A stretch of 64,000 nucleotides of DNA from Octopus bimaculoides (GCF_001194135.2 NC_068984.1:104200471-104264470); one strand, 5' to 3'; shown: positions 1 to 13,004, counted from the first letter of the stretch. Translations and numbers: made by a program. Notes: generated by a model from the letters alone, not told the origin.

Positions 1-286
1 AAGACCCGGCAAGCCAAGTGAGATCGTTGCCAGGGCCCCTGGACTGGCTCTTGTGCGGGTGGCACATAAAGGACACCATTTCGAGCGTGGCCGTTTTCGT
101 ACGGGTGACACGTAAAAGCACCCACTACACTCTCTGAGTGGTTGGCGTTAGGAAGGGCATCCAGCTGTAGGAACTCTGCCAAATTAGATTGGAGCTTGGT
201 GTTGCCATCCGGTTTCACCAGTCCTCAGTCAAATCGTCCAACCCATGCTAGCATGGAAAGCGGACGTTAAACGATGATGATGATGA
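1..286 (+). mobile_element. 3' end of RTE-clade LINE (ORF end KTRQAK*, 3' UTR, (GAT)n tail), truncated by window edge
   Basis: Same sequence as the ORF end at 25377-25397 and the tail at 26810-26995. Confidence 0.85.
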
Positions 287-480
287 TACAAAATCATACA
301 CATGTACACGTTCAGAAGGATATAAACAAATCTATGAATTTGTGTTCCAGCATGACTTGCTGCATGGCTGAAACAAATAAAAATATATATATACATATAC
401 ACATGCATGCACACATGTATACATATGCAGGTACTCATACACACGCCCATAGATAAGTCCATACATACACACATATATAC

Positions 481-840
481 ATGGTAACATGTTTTTTGCC
501 ACTATAACATGGCTGTTCTATAAGAACTATGTTACATTTTAAACCCAGGAAAATGTCCTTTCCAGCTGGTTAATGACACGCGATTTGTGTCCGATATATT
601 GTGAGTAAGGGAGCGAATGACTCCCTTCCAGCTTGGCAAGACCAGTAAACCATGGTTTCTGGGCCTTTACCCTTCATTGGTAGTGGACACCTGCCTGCTA
701 GAGATGGCAGTCACTTGCCCCTATCGGACACAAATCGTTTATAGTTAACCAGCTAGAAAAGATATTTTCCTGGGGTTAAAATGTAGCAACATAGTTCTTT
801 ATAGAACAGCCATGTTATAATGGCATAAAAATGTTACCAT
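481..840. mobile_element. Fold-back MITE-like element with ~115-bp terminal inverted repeats
   Basis: 481-~596 (atggtaacat...ttgtgtccgata) is the near reverse complement of ~722-840 (tatcggacacaa...atgttaccat). Confidence 0.8.
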
Positions 841-935
841 CTAGTATTGTTACTACTTATGTCTCATTTAGAGGTTTTAGAATTAGCTATTTTGCTCCTT
901 GCAAGATCAGCAGCTGTCTGTCACTTCTCTTTTTA

Positions 936-1110
936 TATATTGTGAGTAGGGGCGAGTGACTGCCATCTCTAGCAGGCAGGTGTCCCATACCAATGAAAGG
1001 TAAAAACCCAGAAACCATGGCCTACTGGTCTTGCCAAGCTAGAGGGGAGTGATTCACTCTCTTAGAATATATTGGGCACAAATCATGTGTTGTTAACCAG
1101 CTGGAAAAGA
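936..1110 (-). mobile_element. Partial inverted second copy of the 481-840 element
   Basis: Reverse complement of about 560-722, e.g. gagtgactgccatctctagcaggcaggtgtcc versus ggacacctgcctgctagagatggcagtcac. Confidence 0.75.
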
Positions 1111-1396
1111 CTTTGCTCCTTATATATATATATATGTATGTATGTATATATAAAAGAGACCACTAAGTGGACTGCTAATGTGCTAGAAGAAGATCACAGA
1201 AAAGTTCTCAAAGAAAAATTCAGTGAAGTGGTCTCTTTTATATACACATACTATAATCCTTTTGAGATCTCAGGAAATTTTTTCTGAATCTTCTGATTCT
1301 TTTAATGTGCTGGTTTCCAGGTATTAAATTGATATTAATTAATATCAAATTTTTTACCCTATTATTTTGATTTTATATATATATATACACACACAA

Positions 1397-1758
1397 GTAG
1401 CATGGATGTGTGGTAAGAAGTTTACTTCCCAACTGCACGGTTCTAGGTTCAGTCCCACTGCATAGCATCTTGGGCAAGTATCTTCTACAATAGCTTCGAG
1501 CCAACCAAATCCTTGTGAGTGGATTTGGTTGATGGAAATTGTAATAAGCCTGTCATATATATATATTTATATATATATTATGTGTGTGTGTTTTGGGGTC
1601 TATGTTTGTCCCTCTACCATTGCTTGACAACTGAGGTTGTTTGTGTGAATGGCCTGCTCATGAAATTAATGTGCAAGTGACTGAGCAATCCACAGACACG
1701 CATACCCCCAACGTAGTTCTCAGCATGACAAGGCCGGCCCTTTGAAATACAGGTACTA
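1397..1758 (+). mobile_element. tRNA-derived SINE (abundant family) with microsatellite and conserved core fragment
   Basis: Head gcatggatgtgtggtaagaag...ggttcagtcccactgc recurs many times in the window. The 3' part matches the core of the SINE at 40643-41027. Confidence 0.8.
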
Positions 1759-1760
1759 CA

Positions 1761-2170
1761 AACTTAAGCATCTGCTCCCACCAAACATGCTTTGGTAAAT
1801 TTTTGCAACCACATCACCCCTAACATCTGGCCACCTAACTCTCCAGATTACAACCACCTTGCTTATTATGTGTGGGACACAGTTGAGTGAGAGACCAACA
1901 AAACTCCTTGTATCATCAAAGATGAACTGAAGACAAGGATTATGGCAGCATTCACCAATTAAACTAGGAGACTACCCAGAGGCATTGCAGGAGATTCCAA
2001 AGTCATCTGGAGGTCGTGGTTGAAGCCAGTGGCGAATTTATTGAATAAATTTATTCTTTAGTATTTCAAGATATTTTTATGTAATTTTGATAAATATATC
2101 TGTTAAAATGAGATGTCAGTGTTATTTTCATTTTTGTGTAATTTAGACAACAATATATTTGCCATACCTT
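1761..2170 (+). mobile_element. Internally deleted Tc1/mariner (probably DD37D/maT-type) transposon fragment
   Basis: Translates KLKHLLPPNMLW...NHITPNIWPPNSPDYNHLAYYVW, containing the WPPNSPD motif, with stops. A related N-terminal piece (KLLNKLKHPLQPNM) lies at 2640-2721. Confidence 0.75.
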
Positions 2171-2861
2171 GTGTGTGTGTGTGTTTGTGTTTGTCTCTCC
2201 ATCACCACTTGACAGCCAGTGTTAGTGTGTTTATGACCCTGTAACTTAGCAGTTCAGTAAAATACAGTATGTATTCTTATGTGCTACTAATAGTTTCATG
2301 TGATGGAAAAATCTCAGACATCATTTTCTAACATGTCTGGTGTCTTCATGCAATTCTTAGCCTGAGGATTGTGTGAAGGCACTAGAATTTTCAACTTTAA
2401 TATGTAACTTGCATTTGTACAACAACAACAACTACATATTGGATTGTAATAATGGAATAAGCAGATGTGCTTCAGGAAAAAACAACTGAGATTCTACCCT
2501 ACCTACATATGTTACAATGAGCTTCTTTCACTTTCCATCTACCAAATCCACTCACAAGGCTTTGTAAAAAATATTGACTGAGGAGATATGAACCATAGAA
2601 ATAAAAATTATTTATACAACTTTTAATTTACAATTTTTATCCCAAGTCATCAAGGACAAGAGGAAAGACCACGCTACAAAACTTTTGAACAAACTTAAGC
2701 ATCCGCTCCAACCAAACATGCATCTTGTACCTGGTGCTAAGAAAATCCTCCTCCTCTGGTGTAGAGGCTTCCTCATTGGGTATTTTAATTATGAATCTCA
2801 GATCAGTCCTGGTTAGACAAATATAAAAAGGAGGCAATGACATTCCTGTCTTTTTGGGGTA

Positions 2862-3680
2862 GATTACCATTGGTGGATAATATTTTAATGCTATGGAAAC
2901 AATTGATGCAACTGAAAGATTTAGAGTTTGCTGATGATATTGTCCTGCTTGCTGAAGATGATATAAAAAAAACCCCACAATGATTTACATCAGACTAGAA
3001 CAGAATACTGGAAAGATTGGTTTGGGAATCAGTGTGAAGACCAAAACAATGAACTTTACAAATGATGACTGCTTAATAACAAAATCAATCAGCAAAATAT
3101 CGGGACAGTACACAGTTTCACCTATCTGGATAGCATCAATAAAAACAATGGCAATATTGAGACTTACATCAACCACAGAATTGGCAAAATCACGGCTATA
3201 TTTCAGATGATGTACACTATCTGGTCCTCTTACAAAGATCCACTCCTTAATAGCATAGTTTCATGAGACATGGAAGTGTGCCATGAAAATCTACAGAAAG
3301 CTGGATGTATTCCACCAAAGATGCTTCAGAAGGATTCTGAGAACATAGTGGCAAGCCTACATAATCAATAAAAACACTCTAAAGAGAATCAACATAAGGC
3401 CACTTAACAAAATCATCACAGAACGAAGATTAAAACTAGTAGATATTTTGGTTACCAGAACAATGCCTTTCTAAATCAGATTTCAAATGGACACCGATGG
3501 AGGGGAAAGGAACGAAAGGAAGGAAGACTAAAAACTGCATGGTGCAGAACATTCATAAGTGACATGAGAGAGGCCAATATCACATGGCTGGAAATAGAGA
3601 AAATCCACAACCAACAGAAACTAGTGGTGTCAACTTGCTGCCCAATGTGCTCAAGATCATAGGAGAAACTGAGACTGAGA
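2862..3680 (+). mobile_element. Degenerate 5'-truncated RTE-type LINE fragment
   Basis: RT motif LEFADDIVLL at about 2920-2950 and C-terminal LDVFHQRCFRRILR at about 3300-3340. Many stops and frameshifts. Confidence 0.75.
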
Positions 3681-4769
3681 TCACTGTTGTTGTTCCTGAT
3701 TAAATTGACATAGTGAAAGGCATTCCAATTTTGACTGTTTTTGTCCTCTGGACCTACATTATTCTGAATATCTCTTCCTTTTAAAGACTGTTGAGTACTA
3801 GAATGGATTGAATGAAGTTTCTTGATTTGTTGTACACTCAGTTGCACTTCTTTGTCACTGTTGTTACTGGAAGTACAATGAATCAATGATTGTGTTTGTT
3901 AGAAATTTAATGGAGATTTTGCTTCTGTCAGTAGAAGTTGAGCAACAACATAAAATCTGTATTTAAATTTAAAACAGCTCATTGATGAAATCTCTTGAAA
4001 CCTGATATGTAAAATAAAAATAAAAATAAATATTCTGTCCTGCAATCTAAACAGTCATTTGAAATAAATTTTGTGTCTATGAATATATAATATTAAAGAT
4101 ACCATAATTTCTTCTGCCCATGCATCTTGTACCTGGTGCTAAGAAAATCCTCCTCCTCTGGTGTAGAGGCTTCCTCATTGGCTATTTTAATTATGAATCT
4201 CAGACCAGTCCTGGTTAGACAAATACAAAAAGAGGCAATGACATTCCTGTCTTTTTGGGGTATTCAGGTCTACATGATCTAATGTGTTCTTTTCTTATTT
4301 AAGACTATATAGTGTGTTTTGAGAGAGACTTAGTTGTTGTTTCCAACATGTTAGCTATTTTAATTAATTGTGTTTTTTGTTTTGTTTTGAAGGAGCTAGC
4401 AAGTTGCAGCTTTGTTGCTTGAATACATTTCGGTGCAGTTCTGCAGCTGTCTGTTGACAACTACACCTACGTCACACTTTCAGTTTTCCGTTTCCCGAAA
4501 ATGAAATAATTATAAAAAGAAAGTGAATTAGTCAGATAAGATAATATACACTTTTTATTTCTTTGTCTTTTGACGTTTTTCTATATTTAAAATCCCGCCA
4601 AGATCGATTTTTAACTTTGCCCTCTTAGAGGGCGATAAAAGAAATAGCAAGTCAGTTCGATCGACTCCACCCACTTCTTAGCAAAAAATGGCCAAGTGTC
4701 TACGACAAGGAAACCATTAAATATTTATTTAAATATCAGTCAATTAATAATATTTGAGGTTGTATTTTA

Positions 4770-4969
4770 GATGCATTAAGGACAGATGTCCTAGTAGACG
4801 ACAACATCGTTGTCCCAACTGCTATGTCCCACAGCCAGGCCGCTGCCATGAGCGGTCACATGACCATTCATGTGACCAGTCGTCGTTTTGCACCATTTTG
4901 ATTATGTTCCAATTAATTAGACATTTCTTGGGATAAGCACCAAATGTAATCATCTCAGTAACACTTTAG
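4770..4969 (+). promoter_or_regulatory. Putative TBC1D5 promoter and non-coding first exon
   Basis: Locally GC- and CpG-enriched island in AT-rich, CpG-poor DNA. Paired E-boxes at 4854-4877, a CCATTTT (YY1-like) motif just downstream, and a donor ttag|gtatgt at 4970. Link to the 21610 acceptor is inferred. Confidence 0.45.
4854..4877. promoter_or_regulatory. Inverted pair of M-box/CLEAR-like E-boxes GGTCACATGA-ccat-TCATGTGACC
   Basis: Perfect 10-bp inverted repeat with a 4-bp spacer. Each half carries a CATGTG E-box with MiT/TFE/USF-type flanks. Confidence 0.55.
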
Positions 4970-7900
4970 GTATGTATTATTTTCTGAACTGTGTAAAATT
5001 AATAATAATGTCAACCTACCCTCCGTTATAGACTGTCATTCGTTGTAAAAACTACCGCGTTTACATGAAGATAGCTTCAATCGATCCATTATAACAATTT
5101 TTCTCCCAAAACCGACACTGTTTCTCAACGATTCTTTCATTTATATTAGGCTTTTAACAACACAAACAGTCATTTATTTCATAGAAATTTAGCAGCACAA
5201 ACATTAATTTATATCAGAATGTTAATGATAATAATGATTAATATTTAATTGATTTAAAATAGGTAATTGTTTATAGCTGGTGTCGTTTATATTGCAAATA
5301 TGTGACCTGCAAAAATAAATTCACAATTTAGTTTCGTCGGATTTTCATTTCTTAATTATTCATTTCACTAATTTTAAACATGTCTCTATTCTGCTGCTGT
5401 TCAGGCTTAGTTTATTTCGGTTGCATAAAATTGTTTTTATAATTTTTTTTTTTTTTACATATTATTTCCTCTGTCTTCTGAAAAATTTAATTAAAACTCC
5501 ACAGGTTCGAGAATTCAGTGGATTCTATCTTTCCAACCCATTTTATCGGTCGATGATCAACTAATTAACTGGTTTCTTATGTTAAAAACCTAAAAGCGAA
5601 TGCATAATTCTAAGTGTAAACCCCTGTTAATTTAATTGTCATTCATTGAATTCAAACAGGTTTCCCTAATTTTGACAATACACGGAACATTCTGAAGGAT
5701 GTGTTTTTATCACCAGCCGAGGTGCAACATCTCTTAAAACCACCTGAAATAGTTAAATATTTATAGTGTTAAAATATTTTATATTTTTGTCGCACTCTCG
5801 TAGCTGTCGTTTATTAAACGAGTGCGCTGAGCAATATTGACAAACATTCAATTTCTCTTGTCTAAATATCCATTTATTCTCTTCATTTTGATTAAAAAAG
5901 TAACAAAAAACATGGATTTTTTCCCCTTCCGATTCGCTAAAATTTACTATTTTCCGTGGATCATCCTTAAAATGTTAGCTGACGGTAAATAACTTTCGTT
6001 TTAATGTATATTTATATAGTTGCTGAGATTGATTTATTTTAATATTGATATTTTATAGACAAAAAAAAAAAAAATGTGACGACGTCTATTAATCCTTTAA
6101 TGTTTGTTAAAATATTTCATGCAGCAAATTACATTAAAAAATGTTTCTATGTCAAATTGAATGTAGAAGAAATAACAACCACTGCAATGAAATAATGATT
6201 TAGGAAGTTTAACTATCGATAGTTTGGTAGAATCATTAAAAAAGTTCCGTTATAAAGAGTGGAAGAATTTCTATTACGTCGTATATGGTGAGAAATAATT
6301 TGTCAGTATGGACTGCGTGTTGCTGCTATGAACTGTTTTGGAATTATCGGTCTGTTGTTTAACTCTAGATAAACCCTAATGGAACTGACCTATGTTCAAA
6401 GGCGTTCCGACCGTGACCATTCCGTTTTTCTTTCTCCTGAGGTACGATATTTCTAGGATGTCTACGACTACAATGTTGAGCTAGGGCGTGGTTTGAAAGA
6501 TTTGGCTGCTATTTCTTGCAGGGCTAGCGACCACTTTAGTGAGTGTTGTAAAGATCGGTAAAAGCTACCTTGTTCATTGCACGCTGTTGAAGACAACGTT
6601 ACATTTCTGTAGCACGGTTATTTTCTTAAGCAGTGCACCAAATGTACATAATTTTGTCAATTATTTATTTTTATTTTTACTGTAAAATAGGAAAATTCAT
6701 TTGAAAGTTCTTGTCCGTTTCGGAGTGAATTTCCAATTAGCATTTTTTACCATTCATTTTGTATGAAGCACCTATATTGTCACACGTTATACGTTTTCTT
6801 TCATTTTTATTTGCAGCAGTTTCTGTTTTTACTTTTCTTCTTATTATTGGTCATGACTTTAAATAATTTATAAATCGTCTAAATGCATCGTTCCGCTTCG
6901 TGCAAACAACAAATATAATTTAATTCTAAAATAAAATGATTTAAGTCTATGCTTTTACAAAAAAAGATCCATTGAAGCTAAAGCAATGTTCTAAATTCAT
7001 ATTCGTATTAGCTTTCACTCAGTTCCATGCTCCACGTTGTTGCTGTATTATAATTTCAGTGCACCCATCTTTGAGTAATGTTGCATATGGATATGTGACA
7101 ACATCGAATACAGCGTGCAACTGCTTCTAGCATAGAACAAAAGTTGCATCATAATTGAGTAAAGCACTTGTAAGATTTGAAATGGCCATCGACGTATGCG
7201 AAAGAGATGTTGAATCGGCAACCTTTGTAGGATTCGCCAGAGGACGACAACAGAATTAATGTTCGTTTTATTGAGATAGTGTAGCAGTGCTGATAATTTA
7301 CCCTTCTGTCAGAGGGACATTTTTTTTTTTCAGAATTCAGTCTAAAATTGTGTGCGTGTGCGCACAGTTCGAATCAAATAATACAGATAGATAATTTAAA
7401 ATGATCTACATCGTTTGATTTGAACAAAGGTAGAGCAGATGTTTAGGAAGAAAATATTTTCTGGGTTTTTGAAGGAAATATGACAGTTGAAACAGTGTCA
7501 GGGCTTCGATTAAAAAATGTTTTTTGAGGTGTCAATGCTTTTCGAAAGATTAGTTTGTCTAGTTCCCACTTGTAGGTTTTCATATTCTTCTAATGGAAGC
7601 TGTGCAAGATATCAAAGTTGTGAAGTGGTGGCATCTTTGTAGAGACTGTGTATAGAAGTGACAACAAATAGAATCTTAATGTAGAAGTGTGGGAAAGATG
7701 AATGATTTCTTACGTACACCAGATCGGAAAGGTTTACGTCAACACATCATTGGAGCATTAACAATCCAAATGGTTTGCGCTGAGGGGAAGCTTGTAAGTA
7801 GGCAATTTTGGAAGATGATTCTTATTCTAAAAAAAAAAAGTCTTGTTCAATATAAGATTAAGAACATTGCTTCACTTAAAATTCTCAGTAGCTAGATAGG

Positions 7901-8427
7901 TGCTGCGGTAGCTCTGGTTATGTAGAATCCTTATTGTTTTTGTAAGGTCAGCTTTGTTCAAGTGCATAAGTTGGGTAAATCACTAGGAATGTTCCACAGG
8001 TCCATTGTTTGCTCATCTTGGTTGTCACTGAAAAAGAATTTACAGCCATACTAAACTAAAGGGAGAAACTATATTCCTTTTCGTTTCTTAGTTAAAGTAA
8101 ATGTATACAAATATAGAATATTTGTATGTAGTATACTGTCATGGAAAGTAATAAGTTAAAAAAAAAAAAAATCTAAGAAAAATCTGGCTTACAAGTATTT
8201 GCATTAGGAAAGTTCTCCATAGGATATACAACATTAACGATGTAATTAGAAGGAAGAGATTAAAATGGTTCAGTTATGTAGCAAGAATACAACTTACTAT
8301 GTAACACTGGTCCTCATTTAAGACTTCTCCAAACCAGATGATATGGTAGATTGCGAGAGAGATGAACGTCTCAGATTTGTGAAGTCAGGGTTGTTATTTG
8401 CGATAGTGGCGAGTAGAACATCTAGTC

Positions 8428-8803
8428 CAGTGGTTCCCAACCTTTTCACTACCAATTTGAAGAGTTTTCCCTTGGACCCCTCTTAACATGCTTATCCATA
8501 TGTGTGTGTGTATATATATATATATTAGGTTGGTGCATAATTATTGCGGCTTTTTTTCAATAAATTTTATTCAACAAAAATTTTAAACAAAATGCCAAGC
8601 AGAAATTGAAGTAGATAGTGAATATGCTCCGGAATAATCATTTAAAGATGTTTTTGTTAAATGTTATTATTGTTTTTGTTGAATAAAATTTATTGAAAAA
8701 AAGCCACAATAATTATGTACCAACCTAATATATATGTGAAATTTTGAATTTAGTTCATGGACCCCTAGTACTACCTTTGCAGACCACAGGTTGGGAACCA
8801 CCG
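8428..8803. mobile_element. hAT-type MITE containing a nested mariner MITE
   Basis: TIRs CAGTGGTTCCCAACC / GGTTGGGAACCACCG. 8-bp TSD atctagtc/atctagtt. Confidence 0.8.
8525..8728. mobile_element. Mariner-type MITE (MADE1/Hsmar-like TIR)
   Basis: About 55-bp TIRs beginning TTAGGTTGGTGCATAATTATTGCGG, flanked by TA on both sides. Confidence 0.85.
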
Positions 8804-10184
8804 ATCTAGTTGAAGATGGTGGCAGTGGTCCAGATGCCAAGAGAGAGAGACAGGGTTTGGAGAGGACTGAGTTACTACAATATATACCTTTTTTAAATTT
8901 ATATTGCATTATGAGAGATCTGTAACCCTTTTGATTATGAGGTATTGGTGAAGAACTGATCTTTATCTGGTGATTTTTAGGAAGATTTCACTGGAGTGCT
9001 TTCCTATTATGTTAAGACCTACAGGAGGAGTTGAATTTGCAAATTATCAGTTTGCAGTGCTGCAATTGCTCAGAACAGCCAGTTATTGTACTCTGTAGTA
9101 CTTACAGCTAGGTGAAGTGGGTCATTTCAGAGCTAAACATCTTGATTATGAACATAACCACAACAGTGACCCAATATGTTGTCTGCTTCTAATTCACTAT
9201 CATCCATATCAGGCGATGCATGGTCACAGTCCAGTGAGTAAACTAAAAAGAACAAAAAGTCATTTCTAAACAACAGTTCCATCAAAGAACTGTACTTCAC
9301 AATACAGATTTCTAGGAATACATAAAAATATTAAAAAAAACTGTAGTAAGTTGTAACATTAAGCTTTTTTTTTTGGTAATAGGATGAAGTAGGAATCTAG
9401 GCCAAGTTGCTGAATTAATATATTGATAACTTAACAACTGCATTATCCACTTTCTACATCAAATAATGATGATAATAATAATGTGAACTTGTAATGTTCA
9501 TATAATTCTGAATTGGCTGCTGCACATTAAACAATGTTTCTTTGCTTGGTTTAAAGTCCAAGATAATCTTACTCAGAACCAGAACATCTATCATGAAGTA
9601 CACATATTATCTTCATGCCATGGCAAGATAATAATCATATATTAAAACAATTTCATAATTTATCAAGATGTATGGATATGTAAAATACTTGGTGTATTTT
9701 TTGTCATTTTATCAGTAATTCTCTTTTTATGTGGCTGCTGTTTGCTTTTATTAAGTTTTTGTCAATTCTTAAGTAGAGACAAGGGATTGAGTTAAATGAC
9801 TTTAAAAAAATCTCTGTTCATGTAGAGATGGTGTCATTTGCTTGCAGTTTACTATGAAACCATGTTCATGCTTTTTGACATGTAATGACATATTTCACAC
9901 TTTCTGTAAACAAAAGGCTCATTCAAATGATGTTTGTTTCTTGTCCTCCCCATAACCATGTTCAGGCTGTTTGTTCAATAAACTAGAGAATTATTTCCTT
10001 GCTTAGAAACAGGTGTAGTTTAGCATTAGGAAGGGCATCTCACCATAAAAATCTCTATATCAGTTTGGAAAAGTAGATACTAAAATATTGATTTCTTGAT
10101 ATGATCATCACATTCATATTGCAGAACATGTTGTCATTAGACTTACATTTTGAAGGTAAAAAAAAAAATCCTATTTTAAAAATG

Positions 10185-10565
10185 TTAGTGGCTGTGTGGT
10201 AAGGAGCTTGCTTCCCAACCACATGGTTCTGAGTTCAGTCGTACTGCATGACACCTTGGGCAAGTATCTTCTATAGTCTGAGGTTGACCAAAGCCTTGCA
10301 AGTGGATTGGGTAGATGAAAACTGAAAGAAGCCCATCTTATATATTTATATATATATGTGTGTGTGTGTTTGTCTCCCACCACCACTTGACAACCAGTGT
10401 TGGTTTGTTTATGTCCCTGTAACTTGGTTCAGTAAGAGAGACCAGTATAATGAATACCAGGTTTAAAAAATGTACTGGGATTGATTCATTTGACTGAAAA
10501 CTCTTCAATGCAGTGCTCCAGCATTGCTGCAGTCTAATGACTGAAACAAGGAAAAATAAAAGAAA
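10185..10565 (+). mobile_element. tRNA-derived SINE
   Basis: gtggctgtgtggtaaggagcttgcttcccaaccacatgg... head, (TA/TG)n spacer and family 3' body. Confidence 0.8.
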
Positions 10566-11917
10566 AAGTTTGTTGAGGAATACTTAACTGCAATATGAAG
10601 ATGAAGTGATGGCATAAAACTACCTTTCTGGATCATGTGTATCTTGCTTCAGTCTTTTGATAAAGAGATGATGAGCCTTGGTCAGTAAATGATTACTTAA
10701 ACCTGTAGTTTATATACTTTTGAGTGTTAGACTTAATTATTGTCTTGTTTAACACCACTACCTAGTACTTGAGTGTTTTAGCAGGGTTCATTATGTTGAT
10801 AGATAAAGAAATGTTGAGTTTTGGTCTGTAACTAGTGCATGCATATAAATTTTTGAATGGTAGACCAAAGTCTTAGTTATTTTACTCTTAAGATATTTTA
10901 ACTCTTTCAAATTCCTTCTGTTGTTCTTTAATATATTCTACAATAGGCATTCAGTCTTGAACTTGTGATTGATTTAACTAAAAGAAGTAGAAAAGTGCTA
11001 GTAAGAGAACCTTGAACTTGTATTCTCTCAAGGTCAACAGATTCAAGATTACCAATGAAAAGTTTATTATATCTTACACCACCAGAAATCAAATGCTCTA
11101 TTTACTAATTGGAATTGTAACCTTAGTGTTTATGTATCAATACACTTTGAGCAATTTTCTTGCCTATAGTACTATGTCTTCGTACAATTTATAATTGAAT
11201 TTCATTGTCACTAACCTTTTCTTGTCCTGGCATTTTTATTGCTCTTTGTACCACCTTCCTTGTTAAGTTCATTAGCTCATTGGGAGGCTTGTAATTTCTT
11301 CTCTGTAGCGTATCTCCTTTACCTTAACAGTACTTTTACATTAGTCATGGTGGTGGTGGGAATGTTATGACATCCAACACAGTTTTGTTAGCTAAATAAA
11401 TCTTGTAGTATAAACCCATCCTGAACTACTTCATATTTCATCAACTATCTCTGAAGAAATTTGCACTTTTTTCCCCTCTGTTATGATGTCTTCAATTGAT
11501 TTACTTTCAAGATATTGATCTCCATTATTTAACTGTCTTTTGTTGTTGATAGCCACAGCCCAGCTCTGATTGAGTAGAACTAATCAGAACTGCTTAAGAT
11601 TATTCTAGTCATAATTTTCTTTTTCATTTTTTAAAATTCAAAAACAGTTTATACATATTAGTTATTTTTCAAGGTTAGAGTGAGTTGGCAATTTGGTTGT
11701 TATTTCTAGTAGGTTGTGTGACTGCATAGGAACTCTCTTATAGGTTCAACTGGCTTGTGTTTTTTATTCAGATGCTTGATGTAGCCTAAAAAAACAAATA
11801 TTTCATTAATTTCCTTTGTTAATTAGTCTGTCATTTACATGTCTCTTTATGTTGTCATTGCTATTAAATTCAAGTGTGTCATTTCTTTCAAATTACATCC
11901 TCATTCTTTCATTTTAA

Positions 11918-12538
11918 CCCTTTAACTTTCAGGTTATTCTGTTAAATGTATTTACATTGTTTTAAATTATTCACGCATTATCTTGTAGCTTCAAAGTTTT
12001 GATGGGATTATTTTTAGAATTACATTGTAGGGTGGGTGCTAGAGGCCAGATCTGTTTGAATTGAGCATAAAACGGGTAGAATATTGAGGCCAGCTATGGT
12101 TGGTTTAAATGTTACATTCAAACTGGCCATATCTGGCCCTAATATTTTGCCTGTGTTGTGTTTAAGCCAGAATTATCCAGCTTCTCACACCTACCCTACA
12201 TTGTCATCCTAAAAACAAACAATCATATTAAAATATTGAAGCTATAAGAAAATGCATGATTAATTTAAAACAATGTGAATAAATAAGCCTTACATTTGAC
12301 AGTAATTTGAAAGTTAAATGGTTAACCTTTTAGTATTTAAACTGGCCATATCTGGCCCAAATATTCTTCCTGTTTTTGTTCAAACTGGCCAGATCCAGCC
12401 TTTCATACCTACCCTATATTGTCCTCCTAAGCATAAACAGTCACATCATTGAAATCTGAAAGCTACAAGATAATACATAATTCAAAATAATGTGAAGAAA
12501 TAAACATTACATTTGACAATAATCTCAATGCTAAAGGG
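11918..12538. mobile_element. Array of three ~200-bp piggyBac-like MITEs (one inverted, two tandem)
   Basis: TTAA-CCCTTT ... AAAGGG-TTAA outer ends and a shared TTAA at 12322-12325. Homologous to single copies at 39258-39467 and 60155-60357. Confidence 0.75.
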
Positions 12539-12968
12539 TTAAACATGCTCTTCTGCTTATCCCTATAGCATTGAATATTGTCAAATCACATCTATTGCTT
12601 GCTAGATATATCTGACACTCCATCTTTCATTTCCCTCACTAAAGACTATAAGCTTATGTTATAATCTTACTTCATCATGCTGCTTGTTGCCTGACTGACC
12701 TCTTCTTAGTTATTCTTTGTCTCTTTCCGAATTACTTGTATTTTAGTTAATCCATAGCGCCCCATTTTTCATTGTTAAGGTGCATCTTCACGTCACTGTT
12801 ATTATTGAAGTGTTTAAGTTATTGGACCAACAGCAAGTGTATGGAGCATGACTTCAGTTTTACTGCTAGCATTTATGTTTATTGTCTTTCATTTAGTTTA
12901 TGGGTCTCAAATATTTGGCCTGCAGGCTAGATCTGGCCTGAGACAATGTTTTAGTTTATCCCTGGCTC

Positions 12969-13004
<36 letters not shown>

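Noticed and set aside
4590-4680. E2F-like TCCCGCCA site and gccctc-tta-gagggc hairpin
   Set aside because: Lies within a decayed SINE-like fragment similar to others in the window, so not evidence of a regulatory site or a Helitron end.
4754-4936. Short ORFs on both strands in the GC-rich island (e.g. minus-strand MAAAWLW..., plus-strand DALRTDV...)
   Set aside because: Short, no recognisable homology and no consistent splice partners. Better explained as promoter sequence.
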